Shown: positions 1 to 6,474 of the stretch, one piece after another
How the letters are laid out: each line of letters opens with the position of its first letter
Position numbering within the stretch: position 1 is the first letter of the stretch
Source: Candidatus Dadabacteria bacterium
GTDB taxonomy: Bacteria > Desulfobacterota_D > UBA1144 > Nemesobacterales > CSP1-2
Assembly (NCBI GenBank): GCA_040289575.1
Contig: PSLL01000039.1
Span: 8,471 to 21,395, forward strand
DNA: 12,925 nt
Reading direction: 5' to 3'
Notes under the pieces: generated by a model
Told to the model about the DNA's origin: nothing
The model's database searches: none
Seen by the model: the letters and a program-made list of their open reading frames with translations, nothing else
Made by a program: the position numbers and the translations under genes

Positions 1-640
1 GCCAGCAGTCATAGTCTGTTGATAGCGCAAGAGTCGCATAGCAAATCTCGGCCTCGCGTGCGAGTTTCGCCTCAGGCATGTTCGTCATTCCTATTACATC
101 TACCCCCCACTTTCTATATATATTGCTCTCTGCCCTCGATGAAAACTGCGGCCCCTCAATGCAGATATATGTTCCGCCTTTATGCGTTGTAGCTCCCGAT
201 TTTCGAGAGGCTCCATAAAGAACATCAGAGAGTAGGGGGCACACGGGATCTGCCATTGAAACGTGCGCTACAATGCCTTCTCCAAAAAATGTTGAAGCCC
301 TCTTCTTTGTATGGTCGAAGAACTGGGACGGAATAATCACATGGCCGGGGGCGATTTCTTCTTTCATGCTTCCCACCGCACTTACAGAGATTATCCACTG
401 AACTCCCATTTTCTTCATAGCGTATATGTTTGCGCGGTAATTTATCTCCGAGGGCATTACTTTATGATCGCGCCCGTGCCTTGGGAGAAAAACCATTTTA
501 ACATCGCCGAGTCTTCCCATTACTAGATTGTCCGACGGATTTCCCCATGGAGTTTCTAGCCTTACGGAACGGGTGTCCGTCAATTCTTTCATCTCATAGA
601 GTCCGCTTCCGCCTATTACTCCAACGGTTTTCGTATCCAT
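1..640 (-). CDS. mtnP: S-methyl-5'-thioadenosine phosphorylase (PNP/MTAP family 2), 3' end truncated by the window edge
   Basis: Not in the ORF track. Manual translation from ATG at 640: MDTKTVGVIGGSGLYEM...TPWGNPSD...FLPRHGRDH...EINYRANIYAMKKMGV...SAVGSM...EGPQFSSRAES...GMTNMPEAKLAREAEICYATLALSTDYDCW. GGSG, RHG, NYRANI, EGPxF, GMT and DYD are MTAP hallmarks. The frame stays open to the window edge. Confidence 0.95.
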   Translation of the reverse strand, partial: MDTKTVGVIGGSGLYEMKELTDTRSVRLETPWGNPSDNLVMGRLGDVKMVFLPRHGRDHKVMPSEINYRANIYAMKKMGVQWIISVSAVGSMKEEIAPGHVIIPSQFFDHTKKRASTFFGEGIVAHVSMADPVCPLLSDVLYGASRKSGATTHKGGTYICIEGPQFSSRAESNIYRKWGVDVIGMTNMPEAKLAREAEICYATLALSTDYDCW

Positions 641-647
641 AGTTTTT

Positions 648-669
648 AACGGTCTTAAAACGGTCTTAA
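648..669. repeat. Perfect 11-bp tandem duplication (AACGGTCTTAA x2) in the mtnP 5' leader
   Basis: aacggtcttaa at 648-658 and 659-669, read directly. Confidence 0.85.
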
Positions 670-696
670 ACTAACATTCAAATAAACCCAGGTCAA
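668..696 (-). promoter_or_regulatory. Putative sigma70 promoter for mtnP
   Basis: Minus strand TTGACC (696-691), 17-nt spacer, TAGTTT (673-668), with an extended -10 TG. Confidence 0.55.
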
Positions 697-716
697 GATT
701 TTAAAGAGGGATGAGA

Positions 717-1373
717 TTATACTGTCCCTACACCTTTGAGGAGCAGGTTCAAAGAGAATCTAAGGTTGCCGTACCTTCTGATTGCAAAATTGTCCCAGAA
801 GACACATGTGCCAAGAAGTATGAATCTCCCTTTGCCCACTTGGGTTTCGGCTCCGATTACCGTTTTTCTCGTATGCGAGGGATTTTCTTGGGTCACTATC
901 GGTCTTCCGGAATCTGTATGGATGGATATAGATGCAGAACAGGGAAGAAGAACCCTATCGACAGAATTGTTATAAGACAGGATTCTTGATGTCACTAATA
1001 GAAGATCATCGCCTTCGTCATTGTTTAACTTATCCCTTACCTTATCGTCGTTTAGAAAGAGCCCGAATTGAGAAGAGAGGGAATTAATACATCCGGCTAT
1101 ATTGTCTTCATTATTGTAGTATCCGGTGGCTATTACTCTCCTTCCTTCATGTAGGTACCCTCTCACAAACTTTACCTCGTCTTTTGTAAATGTTTTCTCA
1201 GGATAGTTTAATACCGTCACATCATATCTGTTTATGTCTTTGAAAGAATCTACTTCTTTAACTATTGCTCCTAATTCTTTAAGGCTGGATTTCAATATGG
1301 AAAAGTAGTAATGGTCCTCAATTGTAAATTCCAGATGAGATATATCCCATGCTATTTTGATTTTTCTTTTCAT
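717..1373 (-). CDS. DUF4350/GldG/IFT52(GIFT)-like, class I glutamine amidotransferase-like fold protein; function unknown
   Basis: 218 aa. N-terminal IAWDISHLE (FDxxHxE-like), YDVTVLNYPEKTFTKDEV, INSLSSQFGL, and C-terminal GKGRFILLGTCVFWDN...NLRFSLNLL match the pattern of this domain family. No signal peptide or TM segment. Confidence 0.65.
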   Translation of the reverse strand: MKRKIKIAWDISHLEFTIEDHYYFSILKSSLKELGAIVKEVDSFKDINRYDVTVLNYPEKTFTKDEVKFVRGYLHEGRRVIATGYYNNEDNIAGCINSLSSQFGLFLNDDKVRDKLNNDEGDDLLLVTSRILSYNNSVDRVLLPCSASISIHTDSGRPIVTQENPSHTRKTVIGAETQVGKGRFILLGTCVFWDNFAIRRYGNLRFSLNLLLKGVGTV

Positions 1374-1385
1374 GAGTTGGGTTCT

Positions 1386-2348
1386 TTAAATAGATGGAAT
1401 CTCCAATCTTTGTCCTATGCCCTTAGACTTTGCAATTTCGTATATATGTGCCGCGACGGCAATATCTTCAATGGCAACTCCAAGGGATTTAAACAGTGTT
1501 ATGTCCTCGTCTTTTTTCCTCCCTTTTATTTTGCCTGTCACCACTTCTCCGAGTTCATGAATTCCATCCCACTGTAGTCTGCCCTTTTCAATTAAAGGGA
1601 GAAACTCACCGGCCTCAATTTTTGACTGATCCTTTGATTCAACAACTATAATGCTGCTTCGTTTCACCGTCGTCTCATCTATCTCACGTTTGAATAAAAA
1701 GTTCCCTCCTATTGCATTTATATGAACCCCTTCCTGAAGCCACTCACCTTTAAAAACGGGTTCTGCCGATGTAGTAGATGTGATCACAATATCCGATTCA
1801 TCTACGACATCTTCCGGTTTGTCTACGGAGACTGTCTCTATTCCGAGAAACCATTCTATCTCCTTGCAAAATGATTCCCTTTTATCGGCATTGCGACTGT
1901 AGGCTTTAATCCTCCCTATTTTTCTTACAGACGCAACCCCCATAACCTGTCCCTTTGCCTGCCAGCCCGTGCCAAATATTCCAACTACATCTGAATCTGC
2001 TCTTGACATATATTTTGTCGCAACACCTGTCGTCGCCCCTGTGCGTATCATACCCATGAAGTTGCCGTCCATTATGGAGAGGAGTTCTCCGGTTTCGATA
2101 CTATGGAGAAAAACCCGAAACTTAACACCGCCTTTGTATGACGTATAGGCTTTATATCCCATTACCTTCATATGTGGAACCGCACCAGCGAGGTAATGAA
2201 GCATGCTCTTTTCTGTTCGTATCCTCAGCCTCGGATGATTGATTACGTTTCCTAAGCCCTGTTGTCTAAAGGTTTCTTCTATCACCCTTATAGCATCATC
2301 CATAGATAGAATCTGCTCGATCTCTTCTTCTCCAAGAAATAAGACCAT
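1386..2348 (-). CDS. Ornithine cyclodeaminase/mu-crystallin family NAD(P)-dependent imine reductase or dehydrogenase
   Basis: Motifs MDGNFMGMIRTGA, GIFGTGWQA (Rossmann), HINAIG and FKSLGVAIEDIAVA. Start moved from 2378 to the ATG at 2348 (MVLFL), which has an AGGAGA SD at 2355-2360. The upstream ATG lies inside a REP-like palindrome. Confidence 0.92.
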   Translation of the reverse strand: MVLFLGEEEIEQILSMDDAIRVIEETFRQQGLGNVINHPRLRIRTEKSMLHYLAGAVPHMKVMGYKAYTSYKGGVKFRVFLHSIETGELLSIMDGNFMGMIRTGATTGVATKYMSRADSDVVGIFGTGWQAKGQVMGVASVRKIGRIKAYSRNADKRESFCKEIEWFLGIETVSVDKPEDVVDESDIVITSTTSAEPVFKGEWLQEGVHINAIGGNFLFKREIDETTVKRSSIIVVESKDQSKIEAGEFLPLIEKGRLQWDGIHELGEVVTGKIKGRKKDEDITLFKSLGVAIEDIAVAAHIYEIAKSKGIGQRLEIPSI

Positions 2349-2368
2349 GGTATATCTCCTTAGGGCGT

Positions 2369-2396
2369 GTAGGAACAATCCATGAATTTCCCCTAC
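2369..2396. repeat. 28-nt GTAG...CTAC REP-like imperfect palindrome (copy 1), overlapping the nuoH stop codon
   Basis: GTAGGAACAATCCATGAATTTCCCCTAC. The minus strand, GTAGGGGAAATTCATGGATTGTTCCTAC, folds with three G-U pairs and one mismatch. Confidence 0.7.
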
Positions 2397-3442
2397 TTAT
2401 ACACAAATACCAAAACAGCGCTTGTGATAATAAGGTTTAGAACTGCAAGCGGAAAAAGGACCTTCCAGCCAAGGCGCATTAGTTGATCGTATCGAAACCT
2501 GGGAAGCGTCCACCTGACCCAGATAAAGAAAAATAGCAGGAACAGAACCTTTCCAATAAAGACAATCGGAGGTAGGAACCAGTATCTATTTACATCAATT
2601 CCAAACCAGCCGCCAAATGGCAGGGGATACCATCCGCCGAGGAAAAGGCACACGGCAAGGGCTGAGGCGGTTATCATATTTGTGTACTCAGCCATAAAGA
2701 ACATTGCGAATTTCATACTGCTGTATTCCGTGTGATACCCGGCGACAAGCTCGGGCTCGGCTTCGGGAAGATCGAAGGGAAGGCGGTTTGTTTCAGCAAA
2801 TGAAGAGATTAGAAATATCAGAAATCCCAAAAACTGGGGAATTGCGAACCAGACCTTTGCCTGAGCGTCAACTATGTCGTTGAGTCTTAGAGAGCCTGCT
2901 ATCGCTATTACCCCTATAATCGAAAGACCGAGGGAAAGCTCATAGCTTATCATCTGTGCCGCGGATCGAAGCCCTCCCAAAAGCGAGTATTTGCTGTTTG
3001 ACGACCATCCTCCAAGGACTATTCCGTAGACTCCGAGCGAGGTTATAGCAAGGACATAAAGAAGCCCGGCGTTTATGTCGGCTATTTGAAACTTTATATG
3101 AATAGGTTCTTTGAGAAATCCAAAGAGCGTTGTGTCAAAGCCGTAGCCTATCGGGATTACGGCGAGGGCGATTATTGCCGTAACGAGAGAAAAGGCCGGA
3201 GCCAGGATGTAGAACGGCTTATCTGCGCCATCGGGGATAATGTCTTCTTTAAATATAAATTTTGCGCCATCTGCAAGGGGCTGAAGAAGACCAAAGGGGC
3301 CTACGCGGTTTGGGCCGAGCCTGTCCTGAATAAATGCGCTTACCCGCCTCTCAGCATAAGTAAGATAGGCAACGAGTGTAAGGACAACGAATAGAACGAG
3401 AGCTACTTTTACAACGGAGATTCCTATTCCGATCCAGAGCAT
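2393..3442 (-). CDS. nuoH: NADH-quinone oxidoreductase subunit H
   Basis: ERRVSAFIQDRLGPNRVGPFGLLQPLADGAK, KYSLLGGLRSAAQMISYE, AETNRLPFDLPEAEPELVAGYHTEYS, WVRWTLPRFRYDQLM. Preferred start is MLWIG at 3442; an in-frame alternative ATG at 3526 overlaps the nuoG stop. Confidence 0.97.
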   Translation of the reverse strand: MLWIGIGISVVKVALVLFVVLTLVAYLTYAERRVSAFIQDRLGPNRVGPFGLLQPLADGAKFIFKEDIIPDGADKPFYILAPAFSLVTAIIALAVIPIGYGFDTTLFGFLKEPIHIKFQIADINAGLLYVLAITSLGVYGIVLGGWSSNSKYSLLGGLRSAAQMISYELSLGLSIIGVIAIAGSLRLNDIVDAQAKVWFAIPQFLGFLIFLISSFAETNRLPFDLPEAEPELVAGYHTEYSSMKFAMFFMAEYTNMITASALAVCLFLGGWYPLPFGGWFGIDVNRYWFLPPIVFIGKVLFLLFFFIWVRWTLPRFRYDQLMRLGWKVLFPLAVLNLIITSAVLVFVYK

Positions 3443-3522
3443 ATCACATTTTCTCTTTACTTGGGTTTTTATCACAAATTGGCATGACGTAAGATGCAAG
3501 TGCAGGATAAATAAATCATGAA

Positions 3523-5118
3523 TCATGTACCTTTCTCTATGCCAAGTATTCCAATTTTATCGTAATTCATCCCTTTGTAAGCGGAAATTTTCTCAGCAAT
3601 TTCAACTATAATTTGAGACGGGTCAGCGTACTTGAAGTCTTCTTGTTTGACTCTCTTTCCAATAAGGGTAAGAATCTCCCAGTCTGGTTTTGCATTCCCC
3701 GGTGGAGAAATTGCCTTTTTAATTCTCTGCACCCTTCCCTCGTCATTTGTAAACGTTCCGTCCTTCTCGTATGGGCTTGCGCCTGGAAAGATCACATGGG
3801 CTAATTGGGCGGTTTCCGTAAGTCTAAAATCCTCGACCGCAAGGAATGAGAGTTTAGACAGGGCCTCGGTAAGTCTCCCTCTTTCCCCTTCAGGGACCAC
3901 GCTAAACAGGTCCTCACCCACAACATAGAGGGCTTTTATTTCTCCTTTAAAAAGGGAGCTTATCAGTTCCCTCAATCCATACGAATTAGAAGCCAAACCC
4001 ATGTCTCTTGCGCCAGTACTGTTTGGAAACGGGTCTGTGCTTATTAACCCGAATTTCTTTTCTCCTTCCATTTTGCCGGTACGTACGATTAGGTTTTTGA
4101 CACTCAAAAGCCCGGCGAGTTTTTTAAGAAGATAGCACTCCTCATTTGTAAGCATTGGGGAGCCCACAAATGCAATGGAGTTGGGTGATTCATCACTTGC
4201 CCGGCTAATCTCAGATATAACAAAGCCTAATGTCTCGTCCCAGGTAGCAATCCGAAAGCTCTCTCCATGCCTTCGAAGCGGCTCTCTTAGACGGTTTTTG
4301 GTTTGAATCTCTCTAAATCCGTATCTGCCTATATCGCATATCCAGTAGTCGTTTACATCGAGATTTATTCTCGGACGGACCCTTGAGACATGGCCTTTTC
4401 TTGGGTCAACACCGACTGTGATATTACAGCCGTTGCTGCAAAGAGGACACACAGTATCGGTGAACTTCCAGTACCAAACCCGCTCTTCGTGGAGCGTGTC
4501 TTTGCTAAGGAGCGCTCCTACTGGACAGAGGTCAATCACATTTCCTGCAAGCTCGTTATCCAGTTTTTTTTCGGGAAAAACTACAATCCTTTTTCTAAAT
4601 CCGCGCCCGTCAAATCCCAGCTCCCCGGTTTTAGTGACCTCATTTGTAAAGCGCACGCACCGCGTGCACATGATGCATCGGTTCGGGTCATACATTATTC
4701 TGTCGCTGAGGTAATACTTCCTTCTTACCTTTTTCTCTTCTGGGCCATCAAATCTGCTATATCCGGGACCATGCTTAAACGTCGTGAGCTGAAGCGGACA
4801 CTCTCCACCTTTATCACATATAGGGCAGTCGAGCGGATGGTTTATTAGCGTAAATTCAACTACGGCCTCTCTTGCTTTGATTGCTCTAGGTGTATTGGTT
4901 TTTATAATGAGTCCATCCCTTACGGATGTGTTGCATGCGGGCATTACCTTTGGAACGCCTTCAATTTCTACAAGACACTGTCTGCACTGGGCTACAATGC
5001 TTAGGCCAGGATGGTAGCAGAAGTGTGGAATTTCAATTCCGATTCGCGCCGCTGCCTGGATGATATTTATTCCCTCTTCGGTCTCTGTTTCAATTCCGTC
5101 TATTGTAAGCTTAGGCAT
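3523..5118 (-). CDS. nuoG: NADH-quinone oxidoreductase subunit G-like Fe-S protein, short form (about 531 aa)
   Basis: N1b motif (PHFCYHPGLSIVAQCRQC...PAC), N5 (HPLDCPICDKGGEC), N4 (RCIMCTRC...DLCPVGAL), N7-type CPLCSNGC-x29-C, and a partial molybdopterin-oxidoreductase-like C-terminus (EKDGTFTNDEGRVQ...AKPDW). It lies directly upstream of nuoH. Start MPKLTIDG at 5118 has a GAGG SD; the ORF track starts at 5133. Confidence 0.88.
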   Translation of the reverse strand: MPKLTIDGIETETEEGINIIQAAARIGIEIPHFCYHPGLSIVAQCRQCLVEIEGVPKVMPACNTSVRDGLIIKTNTPRAIKAREAVVEFTLINHPLDCPICDKGGECPLQLTTFKHGPGYSRFDGPEEKKVRRKYYLSDRIMYDPNRCIMCTRCVRFTNEVTKTGELGFDGRGFRKRIVVFPEKKLDNELAGNVIDLCPVGALLSKDTLHEERVWYWKFTDTVCPLCSNGCNITVGVDPRKGHVSRVRPRINLDVNDYWICDIGRYGFREIQTKNRLREPLRRHGESFRIATWDETLGFVISEISRASDESPNSIAFVGSPMLTNEECYLLKKLAGLLSVKNLIVRTGKMEGEKKFGLISTDPFPNSTGARDMGLASNSYGLRELISSLFKGEIKALYVVGEDLFSVVPEGERGRLTEALSKLSFLAVEDFRLTETAQLAHVIFPGASPYEKDGTFTNDEGRVQRIKKAISPPGNAKPDWEILTLIGKRVKQEDFKYADPSQIIVEIAEKISAYKGMNYDKIGILGIEKGT

Positions 5119-5192
5119 GGAGAACCTCTTCAAAAATTCTATCTGACCATAATTGAGTCTGCAACATTGAAGGGATAAGAATGGGAAAATCT

Positions 5193-5483
5193 TTAGAAAG
5201 GCGTTTTTTCTTTTGTCTCCAGATCAGAATTTGAGGTTTTGTTCTCCTCTTTTTTTATCTCGTCTTTCATTTCTTCTGCCTTATTTTCCGAGGGTTTTGT
5301 GCTTGCCCTTTCGTCATTTTCAATCTCCATATCTATTGTGCGCCTGAGTTCGTCTGTAGCCCTCTGAAACTCCCTCATCGCCCGCCCAAGCGTTCTTGCA
5401 ACCTTTGGAATCTCCTTTGGACCGAGGACAATTAGGGCAATTAAAAGAATCAACAGCAACTCGCTTGTTCCAATACCAAACAT
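5193..5483 (-). CDS. tatB: Twin-arginine translocase TatA/TatB family subunit (TatB-like)
   Basis: MFGIGTSELLLILLIALIVLGPKEIPKVARTLGRAMREFQRA: single TM helix with E8, a GP hinge (TatB-type rather than TatA FG), an amphipathic helix and a charged tail. GGGGAG SD upstream. The TatA versus TatB assignment is not certain. Confidence 0.8.
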   Translation of the reverse strand: MFGIGTSELLLILLIALIVLGPKEIPKVARTLGRAMREFQRATDELRRTIDMEIENDERASTKPSENKAEEMKDEIKKEENKTSNSDLETKEKTPF

Positions 5484-5577
5484 TCTAATCTCCCCGTTTC
5501 TCTCCGGCGTTCATTATTTAATAAACTAGATATTCGCTCTAAGTAAATTCACCGTATGTCTTAATCTCTTTAGCGAT

Positions 5578-5606
5578 AGAGTATCACATTAACCCCTATT
5601 GTTCAA
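5578..5606 (-). promoter_or_regulatory. Putative sigma70 promoter upstream of tatB (possibly tatB-nuoG-nuoH)
   Basis: Minus strand TTGAAC (5606-5601), 17-nt spacer, TACTCT (5583-5578), with an extended -10 TG. Confidence 0.55.
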
Positions 5607-5613
5607 ACGGTTT

Positions 5614-6444
5614 CTATATTGCCAGGACTTCTACGATTTTGGGGAAAATATACTCCGCTGCATCCCTTCGTGAGCCACCGCCTGTGATTATTAAATACCT
5701 TCCCTGGCAAACCTCTTCGGCGCACTTCTTTATTTCCTTTACGAGGTCTATAAAAAAGTCTTCTGTTAATCCGATGTCTCCATAATCTCCTTGGCATGTG
5801 TCATGTTCCAGAAAATGAAAAATCATTGTGGGATTAAACTCTTTAGCTCTGGGGATGAATTCTTTTTTTACAAGGTCAAGATAGTTTTCATTGCTTGACC
5901 TCCAACCGGTATTCACGCAGACGTTTGTTTCACTTACGCAGGATGTATCACAGAAGCAAATATGAAGAAGGTTTGGATCGTTTTTAAACATCTCCCTGTC
6001 TCCGTCTCCGTGATGGCAGTCTGTATCAATGAGGGCGAATTTTTTAACATCTGAAATCCCTCTCAGTGTGTAAACTGCAGGCGCAACGCAGTTTAGATAC
6101 GTTCCTCCCCATGCATATGTGGGACCGGCGTGATGACCCGATGCGCTGTTAAATAAGAGCCCGTTTTTTAACTCCCTGCTCATTATCTTTTTGCTTGCCT
6201 CGATGCAGGCGCCAACTGAGTAAAATGCGTTTTTCCCGTATGGTTTATTTTTTAGGTTTTCCACCATTTCTTTGGTATGGAATTTTAAGATTAAATCCAC
6301 TGATACAGGCTCATGCTCAAAGAGTCTTACATTTGGGAGTTTAAGTACGTCTCTAAGAGCTTCAGGGAAATTAATAAACTTGGGTCCTATCACAGGTCCC
6401 GGACTCGTCTTAAATATCTGGCTATAGAATATTCCAGTCGTCAT
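5614..6444 (-). CDS. Histone deacetylase/AcuC/acetylpolyamine amidohydrolase superfamily protein, atypical subfamily
   Basis: SGHHAG (His dyad), IDTDCHHGDG (Zn ligands D and H) and HDTCQGDYG (third ligand D). The C-terminal loop reads TGGGS instead of LEGGY. AGGAG SD upstream. Confidence 0.88.
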   Translation of the reverse strand: MTTGIFYSQIFKTSPGPVIGPKFINFPEALRDVLKLPNVRLFEHEPVSVDLILKFHTKEMVENLKNKPYGKNAFYSVGACIEASKKIMSRELKNGLLFNSASGHHAGPTYAWGGTYLNCVAPAVYTLRGISDVKKFALIDTDCHHGDGDREMFKNDPNLLHICFCDTSCVSETNVCVNTGWRSSNENYLDLVKKEFIPRAKEFNPTMIFHFLEHDTCQGDYGDIGLTEDFFIDLVKEIKKCAEEVCQGRYLIITGGGSRRDAAEYIFPKIVEVLAI

Positions 6445-6474
6445 ATTTTACTCCTGAAAATCTTATGATCGAGT

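Noticed and set aside
3461..3477. Rex/CRP-like site TTGTGATAAAAACCCAA upstream of nuoH
   Set aside because: Only one half-site matches. The second half and the spacing deviate from TTGTGAA-N4-TTCACAA and TGTGA-N6-TCACA.
3479..3499. sigma54-like TGGCA...TGCA on the plus strand
   Set aside because: GG-to-GC spacing is 13 nt rather than 10, and it points antisense to the genes.
5100..5483. Idea that the adjacent Tat subunit exports the NuoG-like protein
   Set aside because: The NuoG N-terminus has no RRxFLK motif or hydrophobic h-region and starts directly with the 2Fe-2S domain.
1..6444. A unified polyamine/ornithine pathway cluster (mtnP + OCD-like + HDAC-like)
   Set aside because: The genes are separated by tat/nuo genes and separate predicted promoters. 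No spermidine synthase or decarboxylase is present, and the HDAC lacks typical active-site residues.
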